Of a DNA stretch of 54,767 nt, positions 25,666 to 34,256 are shown piece by piece. The notes beneath the pieces are model-generated. The model ran no database searches. It was given only the letters and a program-made list of their open reading frames with translations, and was not told the origin of the DNA. The position numbers and the translations under genes are program-made. Source of the stretch: an uncultured Desulfobacterales bacterium. Its GTDB lineage: Bacteria > Desulfobacterota > Desulfobacteria > Desulfobacterales > C00003060. Where the stretch lies: contig CAYSBQ010000001.1 in assembly GCA_964429315.1 (NCBI GenBank), positions 1 through 54,767 of the forward strand, read 5' to 3'. Positions within the stretch are counted from its first letter, which is position 1. Each line of letters starts with the position of its first letter.

Positions 25666-28608
25666 ATGGCACCTCCATCTCCAAAATCCCTCCGTGACCT
25701 CGCCCTAAAATGGGTGAAGGCAGGCGTATCAGTCGTACCTATCAAAGCAGATGGCACGAAGTCGCCTGCCGTTACGAAGTGGAAAATTTGGCAATCTCAG
25801 CTTCCCACTGAGGAGGAGATTGATAAGCACTTCAAACCCGGTCTCGGAATCGGAGTCATTGGGGGTGCCATCTCAGGTAATCTTGAGATGCTCGACTTCG
25901 ACGTCCCAAAGGAGAAGACGAATAAGTATCACGGGCACTGCTTCTTCGACGAGTGGATAGAACAGCTTCCATACGAGCTGGTTGAACTCGTCCAGTCGAT
26001 GCCAACGGTTAGCACGCCGGGTGGAGGTGTCCATCTATACTATCGATGTGAAAGTCTCGAGGGGAACACAAAGCTCGCGTGCGTACCTAATCCTCCAGGT
26101 ACGCAGCCTCCGAAGGAGACGATTATTGAGACTCGTGGTGAGGGCGGCTATGTACTCGCGCCGGGATGTCCTCCCGATTGCCATCCTACCGGCAAGACCT
26201 ACGACCTGACGATCGGCAGCTTCGAAGACGTTCCAACTATTACCGGAGAGCAGCGAACCGCATTGTTTGCGATGGCTAGGTCTTTCGATGAAACAGATCT
26301 AGACGGTAAAGAGGCTCGACGGAAAAAGAAGAGCCGCGGAAGCGATAGCCCGACTGCAGAGGGGAACCGTCCCGGTGACGACTATAACAGGAGGGGTGAT
26401 TGGCATGAGTTGCTCGAGCCTCTCGGATGGACGCTTGCATTCACGCGCCGCGATGGCGCGGAGATGTGGTGCCGACCGGGCAAGTCAAAGCGAGATGGTA
26501 TATCCGCTACAGTTCGTGACTTTGAAGGCGTCGAGCTTTTTCACGCATTCGCGTCAAACAGTGATCCATTTCCATCCGAAGAATCGATAACCAAGTTTGC
26601 TGCGTACACGCTCATCTTTCATAACGGTGACTATGAGGCATCAGCAAGGCAACTTGGCAAAGATGGCTATGGCGATCAATCACGGGGAAGAGATTGGGTC
26701 GCCGAAACATTCGAAGCCAAGAGAGACGATGCCGTCCCCTGGGGAGATTCCCCACCAGACATTCGTGAATCAAAGGTAGGCGAAGTCGACTTCGATATGG
26801 AGGGCGACCTATACGACATCCCTTTTTCCATACCGACAAAGACGCCCCCTGAAGCGTCTATCTTTAATGAGGAAATAGATCCACTTGAGTCTCAGGTGAA
26901 TCGGGATAAAGAAGAGAGCCTCAAGGCTAGTGAAGAAAAATCTATCGAGATCAAGTTTAGCAAGCGCGCTCGAATGATGGCCCGAGGTCCAGGCATGCTC
27001 GTCTGGCAAGACTCCGGTGATCCACCTGTAAAAAAATACGTCAAGAAAAAGGGTAACAAGCTCATCAAGACGCACGCGACGCGCCCGCGCAATACAGCTT
27101 GGCATATCCTGAACGATAAATTCTCCGCTGGAGAAAGCATGCGGAAGCTCCATTACCAAAATGGAGAGTTCATCCTTTGGAGAAACGGGAAGTACACGCG
27201 ACTGCGCGACGATAACATTCGAGCGAAGGTCGCAAGCTATCTGACTCACTTCGCCGCCTTCGAGAATAAGGATAAGGAGACAGGCAAAGCGATCTACAAA
27301 GAGTTTGAAGTTCGTAAGCATGCTGTGACGGAGATGATGCAGACGATCATGGATATGTCCGTCGTCGGCGAAGAATACCTGGACCCATGCTGGCTGTGCG
27401 AACCTGAAGAGGATGAAGAGCCCCTGCCGGATCCTCGTGAGATCGTATGCTGCAAAAACGGTCTATTCGACATTGTAAATAGGAAGCTCCTCCCTCCTAC
27501 TCCATCGTTTTATTCGTACACGAATACTGGCATCACCTACGACGAGGACATTGGGGAGCCCGAGGCATGGCTAAATTTTCTTGATACGACACTGGAGGAC
27601 GAGGAGTCGAAGATGCTCTTGCAGGAGTGGTTCGGATACTGCCTCGTGCAGGACACCCGCAAGCAGAAGATGCTCATGGTTGTCGGAAAACCTGGCTCTG
27701 GCAAAGGTACGGCGGTCACTGTTTTGCAATGGCTACTCGGAAAGGGTTCATACTGCTCGATGAGCTTCGAGAAGATTGGTGGAAATTTCGCCATGCAAGT
27801 TGCGCTCGGTAAATCCCTCATGATTTTCCCTGACGCCAGGCAGAGCTTTGGCAACACCAGAGGCGATGTGATCAGCACCCTCCTCTCCGTATCCGGAGAA
27901 GATGACATTTTTATCGATAGAAAAAACGTCCCGCCGGTCACGCAGAAGCTGAACTCGCGGATCATGATCGTCTCGAACGACGTCATCAATCTCTCGGACC
28001 CCTCAGGCGCGCTGAATCGCCGCATGCTCTGGGTCCGATTCCCCGGATTCAGAGGGAAGGAAGACACCAATCTCAAGCGCAAGCTGCAGGGCGAGCTGTC
28101 GGGGATCCTCAACTGGGCCATCGAGGGCTACCACCGGGTCATGGAGACCGGGAAGTTCACAGAGCCCTCGAGCGCCGACTACCTACGAGAGTCCTTCCAG
28201 GAGCAGGCATCCCCCATCAAAGCGTTCCTTGAGGACATGTGCGAGGTAGGCAGCGACTACAGCCAGCCTACGGCGGAGATCTACAAGCACTGGTCCATCT
28301 GGAGAAAACACAAAGGGTACAAAGGCGCCCAAAGTGAGTCCGCATTCGGGAAGCAGTTAATCTCTGCTGACATGAGAATTATCAAAAGAAGGGTTCAGAT
28401 GGGCGGGAAAAGAAAGAAGATATACGTTGGTATATCACTAGACCCAGATAAGGTTCAGGATTTCATCATCGAAAACATTGGTGAGAAATCTTGGGAAAAA
28501 GCAAAAGAAGAATACGATCGACAGAGCAACGCTGACATCATCGATATCTTCGAATGGGCAAGCAAGAAAGATAAGATTGATAAAGCTGCGGATACAGTAG
28601 ATTTCTAA
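25666..28608 (+). CDS. Bifunctional primase-polymerase (prim-pol) fused to a D5/P4-type SF3 helicase
   Basis: The N-terminus WVKAGVSVVPIKADGTKSP...W, LEMLDFD, GGGVHLYYRC and ETRGEGGYVLAPG fits the prim-pol domain. The C-terminus MLMVVGKPGSGKGT (Walker A), MIFPD, IMIVSN and LNRRMLWVRF fits the D5_N/P4 primase-helicase NTPase. Confidence 0.85.
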   Translation: MAPPSPKSLRDLALKWVKAGVSVVPIKADGTKSPAVTKWKIWQSQLPTEEEIDKHFKPGLGIGVIGGAISGNLEMLDFDVPKEKTNKYHGHCFFDEWIEQLPYELVELVQSMPTVSTPGGGVHLYYRCESLEGNTKLACVPNPPGTQPPKETIIETRGEGGYVLAPGCPPDCHPTGKTYDLTIGSFEDVPTITGEQRTALFAMARSFDETDLDGKEARRKKKSRGSDSPTAEGNRPGDDYNRRGDWHELLEPLGWTLAFTRRDGAEMWCRPGKSKRDGISATVRDFEGVELFHAFASNSDPFPSEESITKFAAYTLIFHNGDYEASARQLGKDGYGDQSRGRDWVAETFEAKRDDAVPWGDSPPDIRESKVGEVDFDMEGDLYDIPFSIPTKTPPEASIFNEEIDPLESQVNRDKEESLKASEEKSIEIKFSKRARMMARGPGMLVWQDSGDPPVKKYVKKKGNKLIKTHATRPRNTAWHILNDKFSAGESMRKLHYQNGEFILWRNGKYTRLRDDNIRAKVASYLTHFAAFENKDKETGKAIYKEFEVRKHAVTEMMQTIMDMSVVGEEYLDPCWLCEPEEDEEPLPDPREIVCCKNGLFDIVNRKLLPPTPSFYSYTNTGITYDEDIGEPEAWLNFLDTTLEDEESKMLLQEWFGYCLVQDTRKQKMLMVVGKPGSGKGTAVTVLQWLLGKGSYCSMSFEKIGGNFAMQVALGKSLMIFPDARQSFGNTRGDVISTLLSVSGEDDIFIDRKNVPPVTQKLNSRIMIVSNDVINLSDPSGALNRRMLWVRFPGFRGKEDTNLKRKLQGELSGILNWAIEGYHRVMETGKFTEPSSADYLRESFQEQASPIKAFLEDMCEVGSDYSQPTAEIYKHWSIWRKHKGYKGAQSESAFGKQLISADMRIIKRRVQMGGKRKKIYVGISLDPDKVQDFIIENIGEKSWEKAKEEYDRQSNADIIDIFEWASKKDKIDKAADTVDF

Positions 28609-28639
28609 AGGCATAGTATGCCCATTAAACGAAGGCTGT

Positions 28640-28670
28640 AGAGCTGACCCGAAAGTGTCAGCTCTTTTTT
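28640..28670 (+). terminator. Intrinsic terminator after the primase-helicase gene
   Basis: AGAGCTGAC (28640-28648) pairs with GTCAGCTCT (28657-28665) around an 8-nt loop, followed by TTTTTT. Confidence 0.7.
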
Positions 28671-28799
28671 ATTGCTTAGATTTAACGATTCCTCGATCTT
28701 TAGCCAGGTGGACCCCGGCGCGTCTGCCGCAATATGGGCACCCCCGGGTAAGGCCGAAACTGAAATCTATCGTTTAAAATCTAGTGATTTAAATTGAAG

Positions 28800-29121
28800 T
28801 GGCCCACTTGGAACGAAGGGTTAGAAACCGCTCTGCATGTGCACTGATCGTTCTATTGGTTCATTTTCGTAGTGAATGTGCAAATTGCACCAGGTGGCCC
28901 ACTTGGTGGCCCACCAGTGGCCTAGGACGCTATTCACGCACTTATTCTATTTTTGGACAGCTATATATATATTAAACACTGTATGGCCTAGGTGGCCTAG
29001 GTGGCCTAGGAGTTTGTAAGTAGCCTATAACCAGAGGCCGAATTTCGAAGGCCCCCTACCCCCTTTCCCTGTGTTTCAGCTACAATTGGAATTACCTAGG
29101 CCACCTGGGCCACCTAGGCCA
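28800..29121. repeat. Iteron-like repeat field (TGGCCYA core) with an AT-rich (TA)n stretch; candidate replication origin
   Basis: Direct TGGCCYA copies start at 28800, 28895, 28907, 28918, 28984, 28993 and 29002; the last three form three contiguous perfect 9-mers TGGCCTAGG. Three contiguous inverted 9-mers CCTAGGCCA/CCTGGGCCA/CCTAGGCCA lie at 29095-29121. TATATATATAT lies within 28961-28978, and the palindrome GTGCAA-a-TTGCAC at 28878-28890. Confidence 0.6.
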
Positions 29122-29380
29122 CTCCCGCAATTCGCGCAGGCTTTTTACGCTGAACGCGCACGTGCTTCCAAAAGAGGGATCACAGAAAATAAGGAAAAAA
29201 ACAGAGATAAAACAGAGATAATTCTCAGCCACTGTTTGATCACGTCAGCTAACCGTTAAAAAATCGGAGAGCCCGAAGGGTGACAAAAGGGTTAGAAATA
29301 TGCCCGGTCCCAAATTGGGACTATTATTTCCACTCGAATCCCTTGCGCAAGCGAACCATCTGAGTGACGGTTTCGAGTGA

Positions 29381-29710
29381 ATGGAATCCTTCGCTCAGGG
29401 GGAACCTCTAGTGGTAAAGGTGAAACGTCTAAGCGCTGAGGATATCGTCCGTCGAAAAGACAGGCAGCTAGAATGCCCTCGCTGTTGGAGGTCGATGCGG
29501 TACAAACCTGTACCAGATCGAATGGCCAAGTGGTCCCCGGGGCCTTATGCTTGGCGGTGCCCGTTTTGCTCAGTCGTTTTCCTCGACGGTTCGATAGACC
29601 CAAACGAGAGGACGTGGGATCACCGAATCAAGGAAGACGGCAAAAGGAGAATCTCGAGCTACCTCTCGTCGATTTTGAGAAGCCACAAAAAAAGTGAGCC
29701 CGAGAACTAA
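29381..29710 (+). CDS. Possible zinc-ribbon protein (109 aa)
   Basis: CPRC...(26 aa)...CPFC and a basic C-terminus. The SD is weak and the ORF lies in a repeat-containing region, so the call is tentative. Confidence 0.45.
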   Translation: MESFAQGEPLVVKVKRLSAEDIVRRKDRQLECPRCWRSMRYKPVPDRMAKWSPGPYAWRCPFCSVVFLDGSIDPNERTWDHRIKEDGKRRISSYLSSILRSHKKSEPEN

Positions 29711-29826
29711 ATCCCGGGCCCACTTGGCCTTTACCTCAAACATCAAGACCTCCTCTCGATGCCCGTAAGCATGTAGAGTCTATACTGACTCATAGAGTAG
29801 TCAAGCAGAAAGAAGAAGAAGGGAAA

Positions 29827-30909
29827 ATGGCAGATCAAAATACTCCGCAAACACCGCGAGTCGGTGTCGTAGGTAATCAGGGTCAACCTGCACAAGCGCC
29901 GCAGCCGGCTCCGCAAGGAGTGCCGGGTGTTCAGGGGCCGCCTGTTCCGTCGCCCGAGCAGATTGCAAAGGTCATGGCAGAGCAGGCGGCCAGGACACAG
30001 AGGGATATCCAAATAGCCCAAAAGCGAGCTGGATATGACGGCGCTCCACAGGCACAATCTACAGCTCCAGCCAATAGCCGTTTCGCTGGGACGTCGCCGC
30101 AAGCTCCAGCTCCACAAAACGCAGCTCCAGCTCCAGCGCCACAACCGGCGCCTCAGCCTGAGCGTTCGAATATTCCGCAAAACATCGCGGCTCAAATGCC
30201 GCCGTCCATGCGGACTCAACAGCCATCTCAACAACAACCCGCGCCACAACCTGCGCCGTCGCCGATACCAGGCATGACCGCAGAGCAGGTTTTAGCCGGC
30301 CCACCAAGGCAGCAGCCCGTGACCCAACAACAACCACAACAACAAGGCACACAGTTCTCCCAGTTCTCCCAGCCAAAAGAGACGACCAAAGATATCGTAT
30401 ACTGGTATCCGGTGCGCGGACCAAATGGAGCCGTCGATATTGAGCTTACGGATTACATTCTGAAAAATGTACCTAAAGACGGGATCCAAGCTGAGAGTGA
30501 CCCGGGTGCAAAGGTCGTGCTCGCACTGTTCTCGGAAGTGCTTGCTCTTCGAGAACAGGTAGCATGGCTCGCTCAGAATTCTCAGCAACCGCAGGTCGAC
30601 CAAGGTCTTGCTCAACGCGTTCACTCCCTCGAGGCCACTCTCTTCGAACAGAGAAATGCCCTTGGTCAGCGAGCGCGCGGAGTCCGTGAGCAGATCGAGC
30701 TGGCTCAATCCCAGGGTTTGACCCCTGAGGAAATTCTCGCAACCTTAAGCGGTCAACAGGTTGTAGCCCAGCAAATGGCTCAAGGCGGAAGCCTTCCGCC
30801 TGCTCAGCACATCCACGCAGACCAGCAAGCTGATGCCCAGGCCAAAATGGTTGCACAAGGCACAGGGCAATCTCCGGAGTCTCAGAAAGTCTCTCCGGAT
30901 ACCGAATAG
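29827..30909 (+). CDS. Pro/Gln/Ala-rich protein with a helical C-terminal half (structural or scaffold candidate)
   Basis: The N-terminal ~170 aa are low complexity (QGQPAQAPQPAPQGVPGVQGPPVP, APAPQNAAPAPAPQPAPQP, QQPSQQQPAPQPAPSP). The C-terminal half is ordinary, with heptad-like segments. A purine-rich stretch precedes the ATG. Confidence 0.7.
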   Translation: MADQNTPQTPRVGVVGNQGQPAQAPQPAPQGVPGVQGPPVPSPEQIAKVMAEQAARTQRDIQIAQKRAGYDGAPQAQSTAPANSRFAGTSPQAPAPQNAAPAPAPQPAPQPERSNIPQNIAAQMPPSMRTQQPSQQQPAPQPAPSPIPGMTAEQVLAGPPRQQPVTQQQPQQQGTQFSQFSQPKETTKDIVYWYPVRGPNGAVDIELTDYILKNVPKDGIQAESDPGAKVVLALFSEVLALREQVAWLAQNSQQPQVDQGLAQRVHSLEATLFEQRNALGQRARGVREQIELAQSQGLTPEEILATLSGQQVVAQQMAQGGSLPPAQHIHADQQADAQAKMVAQGTGQSPESQKVSPDTE

Positions 30910-30925
30910 GTAAAACGACAAATGC

Positions 30926-30955
30926 AAAAAGGGACCCATGTGGGTCCCTTTTTTA
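30926..30955. terminator. Bidirectional intrinsic terminator between convergent genes
   Basis: AAAAAGGGACCCA-TG-TGGGTCCCTTTTT is a perfect stem flanked by an A-run and a T-run. Confidence 0.75.
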
Positions 30956-30971
30956 TTGCCTGAGATCCGTC

Positions 30972-31307
30972 CTACTTAGACTCTTCATCTACATCAGGAG
31001 CATCATCACTACGCCCCTCGCCACTATCACTCGTCCGGCTATCACCCCTCTTATCTTTGAAAGGCCATGACTTTTTGATAAAGTAATCTATCACGCCGAG
31101 CGTCGACAACTCTTCGTAAATCTTGAGAGCAAGATTTTTGTTCGATTCCATTTTTTCTTTCTCCCTTTCTATCGAGTCCATCTTTTCATCTATGAGAGCC
31201 CTGCATAGATCGGATGTCATTTCCGCCATTGCATTATTTTGAGAGTGGATCCTCTCGATGTAATCGACTACAGATTGGTCCAGAATTGTTTTTTCTTTTT
31301 CTTTCAT
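30972..31307 (-). CDS. Hypothetical helical protein (111 aa)
   Basis: Clean ORF with charged coiled-coil-like composition and an acidic C-terminus. Confidence 0.6.
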   Translation of the reverse strand: MKEKEKTILDQSVVDYIERIHSQNNAMAEMTSDLCRALIDEKMDSIEREKEKMESNKNLALKIYEELSTLGVIDYFIKKSWPFKDKRGDSRTSDSGEGRSDDAPDVDEESK

Positions 31308-31321
31308 CTTCTTCTTCCCTT

Positions 31322-32695
31322 CTATTGGCTCATAGCGATCTCTAGAAGCTTGTCTACATACTTGCGTTGATCTTTATCAAGTTTGTCCTCGAGCTTCATA
31401 AGTCGACGTGCGCCCTTCATTTCGTATAGCTTTTTGAGGAGCTTGTGGATCTTCTTGTCTTCGTCGGACTTCATGATCTTCTTGAAGATCACCATCTGTT
31501 CCTTAGATAAGGTCTCCTCGACAAGGTCCCATTGGTCCTTTTCATCGATCATCATCTTCAGAATCTCAACCATTACGGCAGTCGGGTTATCCTGAGCCTT
31601 CTTTAGTCCGGACTCCTCGAATACCTCGATGACTTGATCTTGTGTAAGCTCATCTCCATTCTCGATGGCCTTAACGATATCACTGCTAAGCGGTATATCT
31701 TTTCCGGACTTCGCATTGGAAGATTCTTTTTTACCGTCAAACTTCTTTCGTTTTTTAAACTTAGGCTTACCTGACCTCTGCTTTGCCTTATCGAGCTTTG
31801 AAGTTCTGGACTCTTTGCCATGCCCTTCATCCCCCTTTACCTTAGAGGTCATCGGCTTAGAGGATGCCTTAGGCTTCGACTTCGGCGTATCGTCATCGTC
31901 GTCATCGTCATCGTCATCTCCGCCTTTGCTGTTCACCTTCTTGAGGAGCGCCTTCATGAGCCCCTCGAGCGCTCCGGATTCCTTGATGGTCCCCATCGTC
32001 TCCCTCCATCGCTCAGACTTCATCTCCTCCTTTGCCTCTTCGAGCTTAAGATTGTCGTTGTGCATCTTAAGCTCTAGCTCATGCTTCATTCTTTCTCGTT
32101 CGATTTCAGCATGTTTGCGAGACGCATCCGAGATGATCTTAGACATCTCCTTATGCTCCTGCAGTAGAGGCTTAACAATGTTGTGCACAGTCTCCGACAT
32201 TGCAACGATCTGCGAGTGAAGCTCTCCGATGTACTCGCCTTGTTTGTCGACGAGATCGCCTTCCGACATCATCGTCTTCGAACGAGCCATTCCATCGCCA
32301 TCGCCGAGGTCGACGTGCTTGCTTCTTTCGAACCTTCCTCGTCCAGGTGGGCCAATCAGCATGACTCGGTAGGTTCCCGGGTCGTCTGATTTATCTATTT
32401 CAGCCTGCATGCACATCATGCAGTAGTCAGCGATATCTTCAGGGCTGGCAGTAGGCTTCGATTGCTTGTTCGGATTCTCCTGACAAAGGACCGTTGCAAT
32501 CTGTTCGTACTTTCCCCTCCTGACCATTCTGGAGATGATCGCCTTGTGGAGACCGAGGTGGCATTCCTCCAGCAGCGAAATCAAATCCGGGGGCGGACTC
32601 GGTGCATTCGGTGGCAAATCGAATTCCGGAGTGTGGGTCAAATCCTCGAAACTCATGGGAAGATCATACCAAGAATAGATTACAAAAGTCTCCAA
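31322..32695 (-). CDS. Highly charged coiled-coil protein with a poly-Asp run (scaffold-like)
   Basis: Long Lys/Glu-rich helical segments and an uninterrupted D-run (GGDDDDDDDDDDTPK). The track start 32695 is a TTG; the first in-frame ATG is at 32656 (MSFEDLTH). Neither start has a clear SD. Confidence 0.65.
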   Translation of the reverse strand: METFVIYSWYDLPMSFEDLTHTPEFDLPPNAPSPPPDLISLLEECHLGLHKAIISRMVRRGKYEQIATVLCQENPNKQSKPTASPEDIADYCMMCMQAEIDKSDDPGTYRVMLIGPPGRGRFERSKHVDLGDGDGMARSKTMMSEGDLVDKQGEYIGELHSQIVAMSETVHNIVKPLLQEHKEMSKIISDASRKHAEIERERMKHELELKMHNDNLKLEEAKEEMKSERWRETMGTIKESGALEGLMKALLKKVNSKGGDDDDDDDDDDTPKSKPKASSKPMTSKVKGDEGHGKESRTSKLDKAKQRSGKPKFKKRKKFDGKKESSNAKSGKDIPLSSDIVKAIENGDELTQDQVIEVFEESGLKKAQDNPTAVMVEILKMMIDEKDQWDLVEETLSKEQMVIFKKIMKSDEDKKIHKLLKKLYEMKGARRLMKLEDKLDKDQRKYVDKLLEIAMSQ

Positions 32696-32878
32696 CGTAT
32701 CTAAGTGTATGAAAACACTTGTAAAGCATTAGTTTTCTAGTTTTGTTCTGCTGTTGTTTTTCTGTTTTGACTCTGCCAGATTCGATACTCGAGAGCGCCG
32801 AGCGTTTAGTGTTCGGGGCCAACCAACCACAAGGCGCTTGTTGCGCACTCGAAACTCAAAAAGAGAAAGATCTCAAAA

Positions 32879-33328
32879 ATGGCAAAAGAAGCTGCACTCA
32901 AGGACGTCTCCAAGCAAGAACTCGCAGAGAGCTACTCCAAGCTCAAGTCGCGCACCAAGAACGCTCAGGTCCAGGCCAAGCGCGAAGGTGAAGCTCTTGT
33001 CGAAGACGTCATCACGATCGCCGCCGGTGGCGGACTTGGCTACATCATGGGTCAGCGTCACGCTGATGCTGCGGAAGCCGCACTCAAGGAAGGCCACACC
33101 GAAGGCGACGAGAAGTACAACGAAGCTGTCGCTGCCGGTGGCCAAGTTGCCGGAATCGACCTCGACCTTCTGGTCGGTGGTGCCGCGGCTGCAGCTGGTG
33201 TGCTCAAGCTTGGTGGCAAGATGAGCAACACCGTCCGCAAGGTCGGAATCGGTGGTCTCACCGCTTATGCAGCACGCATGGGCTACGAGAAGGGCGAAGA
33301 CTCCGTCACCGAGGCGGAAGAAGAGTAA
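32879..33328 (+). CDS. Gly/Ala-zipper membrane-associated protein (149 aa)
   Basis: Three Gly/Ala-rich hydrophobic segments (VITIAAGGGLGYIMG, LLVGGAAAAAGVLKLGG, VGIGGLTAYAARMG) between amphipathic charged helices. First gene after a 183-nt divergent intergenic region. Confidence 0.7.
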   Translation: MAKEAALKDVSKQELAESYSKLKSRTKNAQVQAKREGEALVEDVITIAAGGGLGYIMGQRHADAAEAALKEGHTEGDEKYNEAVAAGGQVAGIDLDLLVGGAAAAAGVLKLGGKMSNTVRKVGIGGLTAYAARMGYEKGEDSVTEAEEE

Positions 33329-33356
33329 GAATCACGTTCGAGTCCTCGAGGAAAGG

Positions 33357-33421
33357 ATAGGGGGATCTAGGCCGGTAGGAGGCCTCCCCTATTCCAAGAG
33401 GTAGCCGGGGGCTTCCCCCGG
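33357..33421 (+). other. Two GC-rich hairpins in the intergenic region (structured RNA or attenuator; no T-run)
   Basis: ATAGGGGA (33357-33364) pairs with TCCCCTAT (33385-33392). CCGGGGG (33405-33411) pairs with CCCCCGG (33415-33421) around the loop CTT. Confidence 0.4.
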
Positions 33422-33517
33422 ATTCGGAAAACAGGACAGATCCTCCTCTTTTCGAATCAGGACAAAAACACAACTCTGGGATGCTCCCAGAATCAAAGAA
33501 AAAAGAGAGAAAAGACA

Positions 33518-34156
33518 ATGTCTGGATTCCGTTTTGCACAAAATTCCAATCAGGGCGGCCTCGCCCAATACGCCGGTTCGCAGAGTGCTGCGTACGCCGC
33601 CAGCGCTCCGACCATGCGTGGTCGCGGTCAAGGTAGCGAAGGCATGGTCCAGTTTGGCCATGGTGGCGACAAGTTCTACGCTGGCCAAGGTGGCGTAGAA
33701 ACCTACCCCGGCTGCTACGGCCTGCCCACCTACTGTGGTTGGCAGCAAGTCGCAGGTTCGGCTGATATCGGTGCTGGCGCTGCCGGTGTCGTTTCGGTCG
33801 TGCCGACCGTCAGTCCGTTCTTCGAGCCCAAGGCCGTGTACCTTTTCGGTATCGACCCCAACGCTCCCGGAACGAACTTGCGTTTCACGGTTGGCGCCGT
33901 GACCGTGGGTGGTAGCCCGCAGCTGGCGATCAACACCCTTACCCCTGCGGGTGGTGGTGCTGGTTCGCCCGCTGAGCTGTTGAGCGACGTGTTCAACCGT
34001 TCGGACGAGCCGCTCCTGGTGAACTGGTCGGTCTTCTCGACCGTCGGTCTTGCCCGCGAGTTGCAGATCAGCGTGTTCAACTTGAACGCTCAGGCCATGC
34101 GAATCTTCGCATGCATCTGGGGCAACGCTGTGACGTCGCTCGACTGCTACGCGTAA
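33518..34156 (+). CDS. Small beta-rich structural protein (212 aa); candidate major virion or jelly-roll-type protein
   Basis: A Gly/Ala/Gln-rich N-terminal arm is followed by alternating hydrophobic beta-like segments (AVYLFGIDP, LRFTVGAVTVGG, LLVNWSVFS, LQISVFNLN, RIFACIWGNA). Long purine-rich leader, and the gene is followed directly by a strong terminator. Confidence 0.7.
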   Translation: MSGFRFAQNSNQGGLAQYAGSQSAAYAASAPTMRGRGQGSEGMVQFGHGGDKFYAGQGGVETYPGCYGLPTYCGWQQVAGSADIGAGAAGVVSVVPTVSPFFEPKAVYLFGIDPNAPGTNLRFTVGAVTVGGSPQLAINTLTPAGGGAGSPAELLSDVFNRSDEPLLVNWSVFSTVGLARELQISVFNLNAQAMRIFACIWGNAVTSLDCYA

Positions 34157-34178
34157 GCGATAGCAGGGTTCGACCCCC

Positions 34179-34221
34179 GAAAGGGTCCTGGGGACACCCC
34201 CGGGACCCTTTCTTGTTTTTT
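34179..34221 (+). terminator. Intrinsic terminator after the 212-aa structural gene
   Basis: GAAAGGGTCCTG (34179-34190) pairs with CGGGACCCTTTC (34201-34212), allowing a G-U, around a 10-nt loop, followed by TTGTTTTTT. Confidence 0.65.
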
Positions 34222-34256
34222 ATCCAAGCAGGTACAATAAGGTCTGGAGACTCGTA

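Noticed and set aside
24948-25757. 269-aa minus-strand ORF
   Set aside because: It is entirely antisense to the motif-rich 3' half of the SF2 helicase and the start of the primase, and has no motifs of its own.
26809-28121. Minus-strand ORFs 26809..27321 and 27537..28121
   Set aside because: They lie antisense inside the primase-helicase gene, whose Walker A/B and prim-pol motifs fix the coding frame.
28984-29121. Possible CRISPR array, because of the repeated 9-mers
   Set aside because: The units are only 9 nt, directly contiguous without spacers, and occur in both orientations. No cas genes are present. The pattern fits iterons or operators instead.
29071-29259. 62-aa plus-strand ORF across the inverted iteron triplet
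   Set aside because: Its first third is translated from the repeat units themselves (PRPPGPPRP), there is no SD, and it sits in the otherwise non-coding region.
29320-29350. tRNA-like T-loop sequence ACTCGAATCCC
   Set aside because: The flanking bases cannot form a T-stem or acceptor stem, and no anticodon or D arms could be drawn.
29743-30424. Minus-strand ORFs 29743..30249 and 30059..30424, and plus-frame ORF 30035..30277
   Set aside because: These are shadows of the CAG/CCG-rich P/Q region of 29827..30909, with Arg/Leu-rich products.
32290-32360. Possible P-loop in 31322..32695 (MLIGPPGRGRFERS)
   Set aside because: It lacks the GK[ST] of a Walker A motif and no Walker B follows. The rest of the protein is charged coiled coil, so it is not called an ATPase.
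32743-33261. Alternative-frame ORFs 32743..32991, 32754..33224, 32873..33145(-) and 33058..33261(-)
   Set aside because: They overlap 32879..33328, whose frame yields coherent amphipathic and Gly-zipper segments. The alternatives are Ser/Arg/Pro-rich.
34222-34256. Possible promoter (TACAAT at about 34232) between the terminator and capsid paralogue 1
   Set aside because: No acceptable -35 element lies at 16-18 nt spacing, so it is left uncalled.
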